Source: Candidatus Freyarchaeum deiterrae (lineage in GTDB: Archaea > Asgardarchaeota > Jordiarchaeia > Jordiarchaeales > Jordiarchaeaceae). Taken from it: DNA of 64,000 nucleotides. Positions 1 through 9,368 of this stretch are shown here, piece by piece. The notes beneath the pieces are model-generated. The model searched no databases, had not been told where the DNA came from, and saw only the letters and a list, made by a program, of their open reading frames with translations. Location: contig CP147778.1 of the NCBI GenBank assembly GCA_037305845.1, positions 1,376,001 through 1,440,000 of the forward strand, written 5' to 3'. A program made the position numbers and the translations under genes. Each line of letters opens with the position of its first letter. The stretch's first letter is position 1.

Positions 1-407
1 TGGGCTAGGCACTCAAGTCTTATCGCTTCGAGCCCGTGTAATCCAGCCTCGAGTTCCAAGGGAAGGTCTTTATCTTTAAACTGTTTTTCCTTCACCAATT
101 CTTTTACAGTAGTTATTGCTGTTTTTATATCTTCTATGGCTTTAGTGTAACTATTTGCGGCGGATTCATAGTCACGCATTTTGAAGTTTAAATGGTCTGC
201 GATTGACTGGTGATAATAGGAACGAGCCTGATAGAGATTTCCTATAGCAGTGTTTTGAAGCGGCTCGTCTAGTTCCTCTTCTCTTAATTGCTCAAAGAGA
301 TCTACAGCCTTCTTAAAGTGATTGGAAGCTTCTTGATATTCCTTGCTGCCGTGCGCTTCCACTCCAGAGACAAACTCTGAAACTGCTTCATCAAATTTTT
401 TACTCAT
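1..407 (-). CDS. TPR-like alpha-helical protein (N-terminal part, runs off the window edge)
   Basis: ATG at 407; the frame stays open to the window start: MSKKFDEAVSEFVSGVEAHGSKEYQEASNHFKKAVDLF...YESAANSYTKAIEDI. Helical TPR-like pattern. Not in the ORF track. Confidence 0.6.
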   Translation of the reverse strand, partial: MSKKFDEAVSEFVSGVEAHGSKEYQEASNHFKKAVDLFEQLREEELDEPLQNTAIGNLYQARSYYHQSIADHLNFKMRDYESAANSYTKAIEDIKTAITTVKELVKEKQFKDKDLPLELEAGLHGLEAIRLECLA

Positions 408-524
408 CGAAGCTTACAACCTTTTCCTCTTTTTCGTAATATATAATATCGAGGAAGTATTTTTGGATATCCATAGAATCTGTGTTTAAATTTTTAAAAT
501 GGTTAATCTAGGTAAAAATAGTTT

Positions 525-3500
525 CTAAGTGTCGGTTTTAAGCCACGATATTAATTCCTGTAAGTCTCTTTCTACAGTATAAGTTTGGCGTGGAATTTTC
601 GCGTTAGATGCTTCCATTATCTCTGTGAGAAAGGCATTAAGGTTGCTGAGGCATCCCATTATAAGTGGGATTCTCCATTGGCTATTCAGATTTTCAGCCT
701 CCTCAAGGTCCTTATCGTGGAGAAATAGGACAACAACTCGGTTGGACTTCAAAAATAGTTTTTGAAATATGTTTTTCAGTTCATTATCATCAGGAATGTG
801 TGTGATTAATTTCAGAATATGGGAGTCGATTTGCCCGTCTGCCCCAGTTTCAGGATCTCTTTTTACTGTCCAGTTGATACCCTTTTTGAAGCACCACTCT
901 TCTAGGTTGTCTTTTAAGTATTTATCCTGTACACTTTCGTACTTGAGTCCAGTTTTGGAGTAGTATAACGGAATGTTGGCTTTGTTTCCAACGACTGGGA
1001 CATATATTCTTTGGATTTCTAAATCTTCACCTAAGGCTTCGAGTATAATTTTGTTAACAGTTTTGGGGGGAAGACCTGTTACTCTAGATATGTAAGTATC
1101 CGTTAGGTACACTTCGTTCTCAAGCACTTGGGAAATCTTATTCACAAAAGCTGCTATCTGCTCCCTACTAAGATTGTAGTTTAATTTATACGGCGTTTTG
1201 GTTGGGTTACGGAATCCTCTAAAAAGTTGATCTGCGGTTATAAAATCGTCTTTCAATAGGGAGTTTTGGTTCTCGGAATCTAGGTTATCCTGAATTTCTT
1301 CTTTGGGTTTTTTAGAAAGAGTTGTTGTTTTAAGCTTTCTTTTAATATGATCCTCTTGAAGTTGAGAGATAGGTTTTTCCTTGGCTACTAGGTTTTTGTC
1401 GTAGTCGGGGTAAAGTGTTATTGAGTTCTCTGTTCCTGGAATTACCATTAAAGCCTTCTCATGAACGCTTTCTATTTTCCCCGATTTAATTCCGGTCAGT
1501 TCAGGTTCATTCTCAGCCCCACTAATAGTGTCAAAAATAATTTTATAACTGGAATCCAAATTGCTGAAGCAATTGAAATCTTGAGGATGCAAAGCGGTAA
1601 AAATTAGGCCTTCGCTGGTACTCAGTGGTGTAGACTTATCAAAAATCATCTTGATAAGGAAATTAATCAGTTCCGAGTTATTTTCGGGACTATTTATTAC
1701 AGTTATATGTTTAGTTCCATCCTCATCCTTGGTTAAATTATTGAAAAGGCGCATCATAATGTAGGTCAATAGAAATTTAAGTTCTCCAGTGTCTACTTTG
1801 GGTATGGTCTGTTTTAAATTGATAACTAAACGTTCATTAGTCAGTTTTCTTAAATCTATATTTGAATCCCCGCTGGTGAAGACATTGCCCAGAATACCGT
1901 GCTGAAGACTATGAAGCAGGGTTACAAGCTTCCGGATAACCGACTCTTTCTGAGAATTTTTACATTCTATTATTTCATCGAATGCCTTGTTCAGATCCAT
2001 AAGTCCCTGCTTATGTCTATCCATACTACAGAAATGGCTCAAAATTCTTTGGACTGAGCTCTCCAAGTGACCAAAATCGGTTTCAAAAATTTTTTTGAAG
2101 ACACTAATCAAGAATGATGCTTGTTCATCTGGTGATTTTTCGCTGGGATCAAAGAGGTTGATTCTTAGTGGTTCTGAATCGGAGTTGGGAGTAAAAAATG
2201 AAATTGAATCATCATGCAAGTCTTTTAGTTTTGCAAATTCACCATTAAAATCTAAAACTATCCAAGGTTTGGAAATTTTTTGGATAAGACTTAATGCGAA
2301 ACGAGTTTTTCGATCGGAATCACCAAAAATAATCAAGTGTTTTGTAAAATCATCATAATCCATCCACACTGGTACAGAGCGCCCACTCAGAGTGGTTTTA
2401 CCCAACAAAACTCTGTTATTTTCAAAATCTTTAATTTTTATTTCACTATTGGGAATCTTCACAGGAGGCTTCACCTTCCCTCCTATACTCTGGTTGGGAA
2501 TTCTCAAATAGGTACCCAAATTTTGGATGCAAAAAACTTCTCTTTCCGGGAGTAGCCGCCTGCAGATTATGCGGTGCAAGAATTTCATGGTATCGTCTGA
2601 GTCTAAAAAATCTACACCCACCCTCTTTTTAATTCCAGACCAAGCTGCACTGGCAGCATCGCTCACCCTGTTCGCGTGATTCTTAACACTCTCGAGAGAG
2701 GAACCCCTCACAACCAAGTAAGGGGAGGTTTCCAAGTATTTCACGGGAAGTTTACCGTTAACTTGAATACGAACTTTTAAATCCTTCCTTAATGCATACT
2801 CAGAATCACTTGCTTTTATAAATCGGAAAGGAACAACAAAACTGACATCCATATCTAAGTTTTGAATGGAATTCACAAAGAGATCCATGCATCCCTGATC
2901 TAATGACCCGTAGTCGGGAAAACCCTTCAAAGCAATGACGGTAGCATAAGTAGCACTTTTTTCCGCCTCAAGAAGCAAAACGTTTTTTTCACCCTTAATC
3001 TTATGAACACTGGTGAAGTATTCTCCTCCTACCATGTCCAAGAAGGTATCTTCCAATACGTCATAACGCATCTTTACATAATTAGTATTTAGGTTAAAAG
3101 AGGTAAGTATAGATTGCACCTCTGCATCCAATTCTTCTTCACTAAAAGACCCTCGGGTAAAAATATAGAAGCAAGTAGAAATCCTTTTTCCATTAATGGT
3201 TACTTCATATGCTAATTCCATCTTCTCATTCAATTCATCGAAAAGCAGAAAATTTTTGTAAGAAGGAAGTTCAGAATTCTTTCCACTTGGACTTGGAAAC
3301 AATTGGAAGACAGACTCCTCCGCAACAGTGCTTTTTCCCTTAAGCAACTTAACCTTATCCTGCGTAAGCAGATACTGAGAAAATGATACCTTTCCGTCAG
3401 AGAAAACGATACCAAAAAATACCATGAAAAGCAAGGAAAATGATCCCAAATGAAAGGAACAAGGTAAGCTAAAACGTTGCAAAAAAGGAACAACTATGGA

Positions 3501-3617
3501 TAGCTGATTAACATAAAGTAGGGACAAAAATGGCATATATCCACTGAAATGTAATAAAACAGTAATACACAGAGCATAATACATTTTAAACACGAACCCT
3601 TCTGCTAATCCAATCAA
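525..3617 (-). CDS. Membrane-anchored HerA/VirB4 (DUF87)-like protein with degenerate Walker motifs
   Basis: Hydrophobic N-terminus. 'LGKT...DFTKHLIIFGDSDRKT...WIVLDFNGEF...LRINLFDP' matches the HerA/DUF87 layout, but Walker A and Walker B are eroded. Confidence 0.6.
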   Translation of the reverse strand: MIGLAEGFVFKMYYALCITVLLHFSGYMPFLSLLYVNQLSIVVPFLQRFSLPCSFHLGSFSLLFMVFFGIVFSDGKVSFSQYLLTQDKVKLLKGKSTVAEESVFQLFPSPSGKNSELPSYKNFLLFDELNEKMELAYEVTINGKRISTCFYIFTRGSFSEEELDAEVQSILTSFNLNTNYVKMRYDVLEDTFLDMVGGEYFTSVHKIKGEKNVLLLEAEKSATYATVIALKGFPDYGSLDQGCMDLFVNSIQNLDMDVSFVVPFRFIKASDSEYALRKDLKVRIQVNGKLPVKYLETSPYLVVRGSSLESVKNHANRVSDAASAAWSGIKKRVGVDFLDSDDTMKFLHRIICRRLLPEREVFCIQNLGTYLRIPNQSIGGKVKPPVKIPNSEIKIKDFENNRVLLGKTTLSGRSVPVWMDYDDFTKHLIIFGDSDRKTRFALSLIQKISKPWIVLDFNGEFAKLKDLHDDSISFFTPNSDSEPLRINLFDPSEKSPDEQASFLISVFKKIFETDFGHLESSVQRILSHFCSMDRHKQGLMDLNKAFDEIIECKNSQKESVIRKLVTLLHSLQHGILGNVFTSGDSNIDLRKLTNERLVINLKQTIPKVDTGELKFLLTYIMMRLFNNLTKDEDGTKHITVINSPENNSELINFLIKMIFDKSTPLSTSEGLIFTALHPQDFNCFSNLDSSYKIIFDTISGAENEPELTGIKSGKIESVHEKALMVIPGTENSITLYPDYDKNLVAKEKPISQLQEDHIKRKLKTTTLSKKPKEEIQDNLDSENQNSLLKDDFITADQLFRGFRNPTKTPYKLNYNLSREQIAAFVNKISQVLENEVYLTDTYISRVTGLPPKTVNKIILEALGEDLEIQRIYVPVVGNKANIPLYYSKTGLKYESVQDKYLKDNLEEWCFKKGINWTVKRDPETGADGQIDSHILKLITHIPDDNELKNIFQKLFLKSNRVVVLFLHDKDLEEAENLNSQWRIPLIMGCLSNLNAFLTEIMEASNAKIPRQTYTVERDLQELISWLKTDT

Positions 3618-4007
3618 GTCCTAAAGATCGACTTGTTTAAAGTTTTTCAATATAGTTTCTAGATATCAGAAAAGCTTGTGTAACAGCTCTTCTCAAATAA
3701 ATATCATTAAAAAGATATTTAAAATCCACAAAAAAAATACAATTTTATCCAATATCTAAAACCATGGACTAAAATTTATAATACACAATTCTGATTCTCA
3801 ATCCAGATACGAAAAGAAGTATTTAAAGATAAGACAGAGATACTAAAGAACAGGGCATGGAATGTGTGCCCTCGCCTATTATAACTCTATTAACATAAGT
3901 TACCAGCTTAATCATTTAACTATAGTCTAAGAATAAAAATATTAAACATAAATTAAATTCCTTTTTCCAAGTAAAAAAACGCTAAATTGTTGGCAACACT
4001 ATTCGAT

Positions 4008-4532
4008 TCAAGTTTCTTCGTCCAGTTCTTTTTTATTTTTGGATTTAGAGCCGGGGCGTACCCAGTCCCAGACCCAGGCCAGCATCTCGAAGAATTCCAT
4101 GACCTTTTTCTGGGCGTCGGGGTTGTCTCCCGCGATGGCTTTGGCTAGTCGTTCTTTTTCCAGGTTTAGGAGGTCTCGGAAGTAGTCGAAGTGGCTTCCC
4201 GCGTAGGCTACGATTTCCTTCAGCAGGGTCACAGAGTCCCTCTCATAGTAGTCTCTCAAAAATTCGAGCAAAGACGTGCGGAATTCATCCCTCAGATTCG
4301 TGAATAGTTCTGATTTCTGGAACTCTGCGAAGAATTTGTTTGTCCACGCCACCTCGCGGTCAGCGAACGCTGAGTCGCCGATGCCGAACGCCAACAGTCT
4401 GGCGGCGGACTCGTTGAAGGAATACCCGTAACGATGCGCGTACTTCCAGATCTTCTCGTACATGTCTCTGGGAACCCGCAGAGTAACCTTAACCAGTTCC
4501 TCAGGCTCAAACCTTCTAGGCTTACCCGGCAT
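4008..4532 (-). CDS. Ribbon-helix-helix (Arc/CopG-like) DNA-binding protein
   Basis: 'VKVTLRVPRDMYEKIWKYAHRYGYSFNESAARLL' fits the RHH pattern. Start placed at ATG 4532. Confidence 0.6.
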   Translation of the reverse strand: MPGKPRRFEPEELVKVTLRVPRDMYEKIWKYAHRYGYSFNESAARLLAFGIGDSAFADREVAWTNKFFAEFQKSELFTNLRDEFRTSLLEFLRDYYERDSVTLLKEIVAYAGSHFDYFRDLLNLEKERLAKAIAGDNPDAQKKVMEFFEMLAWVWDWVRPGSKSKNKKELDEET

Positions 4533-4759
4533 AAAAAACACCCCGATAAAGTCCGTATAAACACTCAAAAATAATTAAAACTCCAATATAAACATTGTTA
4601 AAAAAGCAATAGTGTATTTTACACTGTTTCCATTACTTTTCTTTGGAGTTAAAATCAATAAATTGCAAAATTTGAAGTTTTATAATAAAAAAAAGATAGG
4701 GAATTTGAGCCACCAAACTTCACTTCCGCCTTTAACCCCTTAGCCTATTGATGATTCTT

Positions 4760-5092
4760 CTAGATTGAGCTGCCTGTATCCTCTCTTTCTTCTCGGGTTC
4801 TTTTAACCCGACGTCTGACTGGGGGTTGGGGGGCGGTGCTTTGTCTGCTGAGCCGAATCCTTACGCGGCCGTACGCGAATACAGTGAATCCTCCGACCCA
4901 AACCACAGCCAATCCTATTAGCGACGTGAAGAGTATAGGTAGTGTGGATACTCCGTTAAGCCCGGTTCCTATCACCATCGAGAGCAACAGACCCACCACG
5001 AAAGCTATGACGGTTACTACCATTAGAATCCAGCCCCAAAGGCTGAGCCGTTCAAACAACTCGATATTAGCCATATCTCTCAAGACCTCCAA
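4760..5092 (-). CDS. Small two-TM membrane protein
   Basis: Two hydrophobic segments and a basic tail; directly downstream of the large surface protein gene. Confidence 0.6.
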   Translation of the reverse strand: MEVLRDMANIELFERLSLWGWILMVVTVIAFVVGLLLSMVIGTGLNGVSTLPILFTSLIGLAVVWVGGFTVFAYGRVRIRLSRQSTAPQPPVRRRVKRTREEREDTGSSI

Positions 5093-5111
5093 ACTTCATT
5101 TCTCACTCACT

Positions 5112-8100
5112 TTATGTGTTCTCTCTGCCTTTGCTGAAAAGCCTCTTGAATGCGTCTCTCAGGCGTGCGCCTTGGTTCTTTAGGATGATCAGCATTACGC
5201 CAGGCATTTGAACCAGCATCCGCCTGTCCTGGTATCCTATGTAGATGCCTCTGGCCACCACGAAGATTGTGCCTATGGCCATTATGCCTAGTGCTAATAG
5301 TGCCAGTGGGTTAAATATTAGAGATATGTGTGGGACTGGTATTCCGCTCAGGGATGCGCTGTTCATTTCGAGGATTGTTGATGATGAAATCGAGGGAGTA
5401 CTGCTTGTGTAAAGTGTGCCCGATAGGCCGACTACACCGTTAATCACGACTCCGGAGGGTGTTACGCTCATGGAGCCTATGATGTTGGTGCCTCCGTTGA
5501 TTATGGTCGTACCGGACATTACGGTGTTTCCGGTGATGGTCATTACGCCGTTGATTGTTCCCAGGCCGCCCATGCTCATGATGCCGTCGGTTACCATTAA
5601 GCCGGTCATACTCATGGGCATCGCTATCTTGAAGTTGCCGTTCATGGTCACCATTCCAGCGTTTGTTACTGTTCCGGACACGTCAATCTTGTCGCTGGTG
5701 ATGCTGGTTTCGCTGTGGATTGTGGTTCCAGTTGTACTCATGACTATTGTACCGTTTACCGTTACCGCTCCGTTGGTCAGGGTCATGCTTCCGACGGTTT
5801 GCATGTAGCCGCTGGATACCGCTATGGTTCCGGTTCCGCTCATTGAGCCGCCGTTGATGTTCAGGTTCGTGTTGGATATGGTAACCGGTCCGTTAATGGT
5901 GCTGCTTCCCATCGTGAAGAATGCGCCCTTTATTGTGGTGAGGCCGGTGATCGTGGTGGTTCCCTGGGTAGTTATCTGTTCGCCGGTTACGGTGATGGTA
6001 TTGCCCATGATGAACGAGCCGGTGGAGTTCATAACCATGGTGATTGTGCCCGGTAGGTTTATCTCACCGCTGGTTACGGTCATGGATCCATCGGTTTCCA
6101 TTGTGCTGATGTTGCTTATGAGGGGGTTGATTGGGTTGATGGTTATGGTTAGGTAGCCTGTGGTTTGGCCGTTGTTTACATCCATGTTGCCCTGAACGGT
6201 TATCGAGGAGTTGCCCTGAAGGTAGTTGTATCCCGAGAGTCCGATAGTATCACTTTTTATTTTGGCAGTGCCGGTAAAGTTGATGTTTCCGTTGACCGCG
6301 GTTGAGACCGTGGTTGAGCCGCCCATTATGAATGAGCCTGAAGAGTTCATAACCATGTGGCCGCCCGTGATGTTTATCGCACCATTGGCTATGTTCATGG
6401 TTCCCGTGGTATTCATAACACCGTTAGGCAGGTTGAGCGTGGCTACAATCAGGTTTCCAGTCATATAGTTGAGCCCATTGATTCCGATGTCGCCGGTTAT
6501 TGAGGCGTTGCCGTTGAAGTCAACGTTTCCAGTGACACTGATAGGGTAGCCCGTGATAAATGAATCTGTGTTGTTCATATCCATGGTACCGTTTGAGATA
6601 CTTATCGCACCACCGGTTATGTTCATGTTTCCCGTGGTGTCCATCACACCGTTCGTCAGACTGAACAGTGAAGATGTAATGCTAATGTTCCCCTGCATGT
6701 TGTTGTGTCCCGAGAGTCCAATAGTATCACTTTTTATTGTAGCTATGCCGTTGAAGTTGATGTTTCCGGTGACCGCTATATCGCTGCCTATGATAAACGA
6801 GCCTGTGGAGTTCATAACCATGTGGCCGACCGAGATGCTTATATTACCACCGAGTATGTTCATAATTCCGTTGGTGTTCATAGTACCGATGGGCAGGCTG
6901 AGCGTATCTACGGTAATACTATTATTTCCCTGCATGTAGTTGAGCCCATTGATTCCGATTCCGCCGGTTATTGAGGCGCTGCCTTTGAAGTCAACGTTTC
7001 CAGTGACACTGATAGGGTAGCCCGTGATAAATGAACCTGATGAATTCATAACCATGTGTCCAGTTTGAACGTTTATTAAACCGTTGGCTATGTTCATGTT
7101 TCCCGTGGTGTCCATCACACCATTCGTCAGGGTGAGCAGTGGAGATAAAATGCTAATGCTGATGTTTCCCTGCATATTGTTGTGTCCCGAGATTCCGATG
7201 TTGTCGCCGGTTATTGAGGCGTTGCCGTTGAAGTCAACGTTTCCGGTGATATTGATAGTGTTGCCTGTTATGTATGAGTCGGTGTTATCCATGGTCATGT
7301 TTCCGTTGGGGATGCTTATCGCACCACCGGTTATATTCATGTTTCCCGTGGTGTCCATCACACCATTAGTCAGACTGAACAGTGGGGATATAAGCGGCGG
7401 GGATATAATGTTGATGTTTCCCTTCATGTTGTTGTGTCCGGTGATTTCTATGTCGCCTTTGATGGAGATGTTTCCTGTTTGGATCATGGTGCCTGTGGCG
7501 GTTAGTGTGCCGTTAACTATCTTGGTTATGTTGTTAACGGTGGTTCCGGTGACAGTTAGGGAGCCGTTTGTCATGGTGGTGTTTCCCTGTCCGTTAACTA
7601 CCTGTTGCTGGGTTGTTACGTTCATTACCGCTTTGGGGTACTGTGGGCTGGATGTTACACTGAAGCCCGCGTTGGATGAAGCGTTTTGTAACTGGAAGAA
7701 CATGGTGTCATTGGATGACATCTGGACATAGCTGTCATACATGAGGACCACACCCGGGTACAATGCGAACGAGGGACCCCAAGCCTGAAATATGGTGCCG
7801 TTTGACCACGACAGGGAGCTCATGGGGGTTATCGGAGTAATGAATGCGCTTAGGAGCAACCCGTTGGTGTTATTGTTGAATTGCCCGTCGGCTTGGAGTT
7901 GGCTTATGTTGGCTATGCCGTTGTACGGTGGTCCTGCTATAGGAATGGTATATGACATACTTCCAAGACCTGGGGGGTATGCTTCGAACAAGATTATCTG
8001 GTTTGTGATGAAGATGTATGTGGGAATGCCGACAGTACCTCCTATCGTGGCTGTGCCGTAGATTAAGAGTGTTCCGCTGGTTACTTTTATGGCGTCCAGA

Positions 8101-8723
8101 ATGTTGAGGGGTAAATCGTTTTGGCCTCTGGTGCTTCCTATGTATCCGCTTCCGCTGGCGTTAACGTACTGGGTGAAGTTGCTCATGTAAAGGACTACGT
8201 TTGGGTTACCGATTGTTGTGTTTCCGCAGAGGGTCACTACTGTGGGGTTCTCCGAGGATCCGTGCAGGGTTATGCTGTCGTTTACAGCGGTGGGGCTGTT
8301 TATGTTTATGCTGTCTGCGATTATGTTCATGGTTCCGTTTGAGGATAGTGGCCCGAGGATTAAACTGTCAAAACTTGAGATGTTCAGAAGCCCGCTTAGC
8401 GAGGTGGTGCCGAGGTTGGTCAGGTTTCCGATCAGGGTCATGCCGCCGCCGTTGCTGCCGCTTCCGGTGCCAGCCAGAGTTGTTAATATCTGGTTAATGT
8501 CCCCTGGGGATATTCCACCACCACCGCCGGGGTTTACACTATTCGCCTGCGGTGTTAGTAAAGGATAGGTTTTATTTTGGCTTGATGCTGCTAGGGGTAT
8601 GGCAATAATACAGGCTAAAATTAGGATTGCTGAGAAAGCTAACAGAGTGTGTTTGGTTTTGCCTCTAAGGATTCTTGATTTTCCCTTGTATTGTGTTGTG
8701 TTATTTCTATTGTTTCCGTCCAC
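5112..8723 (-). CDS. Large cell-surface beta-solenoid repeat protein
   Basis: N-terminal signal/TM and C-terminal TM anchor. G/N/T/I/M-rich ~60-aa repeats (e.g. LTNGVMDTTGNMNI three times) and many N-X-S/T sequons. Confidence 0.7.
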   Translation of the reverse strand: MDGNNRNNTTQYKGKSRILRGKTKHTLLAFSAILILACIIAIPLAASSQNKTYPLLTPQANSVNPGGGGGISPGDINQILTTLAGTGSGSNGGGMTLIGNLTNLGTTSLSGLLNISSFDSLILGPLSSNGTMNIIADSININSPTAVNDSITLHGSSENPTVVTLCGNTTIGNPNVVLYMSNFTQYVNASGSGYIGSTRGQNDLPLNILDAIKVTSGTLLIYGTATIGGTVGIPTYIFITNQIILFEAYPPGLGSMSYTIPIAGPPYNGIANISQLQADGQFNNNTNGLLLSAFITPITPMSSLSWSNGTIFQAWGPSFALYPGVVLMYDSYVQMSSNDTMFFQLQNASSNAGFSVTSSPQYPKAVMNVTTQQQVVNGQGNTTMTNGSLTVTGTTVNNITKIVNGTLTATGTMIQTGNISIKGDIEITGHNNMKGNINIISPPLISPLFSLTNGVMDTTGNMNITGGAISIPNGNMTMDNTDSYITGNTINITGNVDFNGNASITGDNIGISGHNNMQGNISISILSPLLTLTNGVMDTTGNMNIANGLINVQTGHMVMNSSGSFITGYPISVTGNVDFKGSASITGGIGINGLNYMQGNNSITVDTLSLPIGTMNTNGIMNILGGNISISVGHMVMNSTGSFIIGSDIAVTGNINFNGIATIKSDTIGLSGHNNMQGNISITSSLFSLTNGVMDTTGNMNITGGAISISNGTMDMNNTDSFITGYPISVTGNVDFNGNASITGDIGINGLNYMTGNLIVATLNLPNGVMNTTGTMNIANGAINITGGHMVMNSSGSFIMGGSTTVSTAVNGNINFTGTAKIKSDTIGLSGYNYLQGNSSITVQGNMDVNNGQTTGYLTITINPINPLISNISTMETDGSMTVTSGEINLPGTITMVMNSTGSFIMGNTITVTGEQITTQGTTTITGLTTIKGAFFTMGSSTINGPVTISNTNLNINGGSMSGTGTIAVSSGYMQTVGSMTLTNGAVTVNGTIVMSTTGTTIHSETSITSDKIDVSGTVTNAGMVTMNGNFKIAMPMSMTGLMVTDGIMSMGGLGTINGVMTITGNTVMSGTTIINGGTNIIGSMSVTPSGVVINGVVGLSGTLYTSSTPSISSSTILEMNSASLSGIPVPHISLIFNPLALLALGIMAIGTIFVVARGIYIGYQDRRMLVQMPGVMLIILKNQGARLRDAFKRLFSKGRENT
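6230..7460 (-). repeat. Internal coding repeats of the surface protein
   Basis: Near-identical DNA blocks: ttcatgtttcccgtggtgtccatcacacc at ~6622, ~7093 and ~7336; agtcaacgtttccagtgacactgatagggtagcccgtgataaatga at ~6518 and ~6989. Confidence 0.8.
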
Positions 8724-9022
8724 CTTTTTTTTTCTCCTTTCTCCATTTTTTATTGTTTTTTGAATTTTGCTTTATAAGTAAGGCAAATAAGTAGAAAATA
8801 TGCCCTCCTTATTAATTCAAGGATTTGCTTTGCCTTTCTATTTAAATTTTTCGGGAAAATGGCTTATCTTTACGGCAGTTATTCACAAGTTACCCTTATA
8901 GGAATCATAAGAGATATTGGTGCCTTCTTACCAAGGCGGTACAAGAACTGTGGTAGATGGAAGGAACTGTATAAAGATATGGAAAAGCAAAAAAGAAGAG
9001 TAAAGTTAAATCTTCATGGAAA

Positions 9023-9328
9023 ATGAAAGGATATGGAAGGCTTAGAATGAGTGAAAAAGTAGTTTCTTCTGAACTTGTCGAAAGAAAGAAGGAGATAATT
9101 CCTAGACTAGCGAAAAAATTTCGTATATCTGAAGAAAAGGCGACGAAATTCCTCAAGTTAGCTGTAGAAGACTGCGCAAGGTCAAAATACAGACTTAGCG
9201 TAACCAACGACACTATTTCAGGACAGCCTGACAAAATAAAAGAAATGATAAAAGAAATAGAAAATTGGACTGACGACGAATTCGATAAGGAAGATTTCGA
9301 AATAATAGGCTACTGCAAGAACTTATAG
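9023..9328 (+). CDS. Hypothetical protein (likely start 9047)
   Basis: Protein-like composition; convergent with the next gene. Confidence 0.6.
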   Translation: MKGYGRLRMSEKVVSSELVERKKEIIPRLAKKFRISEEKATKFLKLAVEDCARSKYRLSVTNDTISGQPDKIKEMIKEIENWTDDEFDKEDFEIIGYCKNL

Positions 9329-9368
9329 GTTAAGTAGCAAAGTGAATATTGGTTTGGAGTTCCACCAG

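Noticed and set aside
5416-8568. Many plus-strand ORFs rich in M/P/V/I opposite the surface protein
   Set aside because: Shadow frames of the repetitive minus-strand gene.
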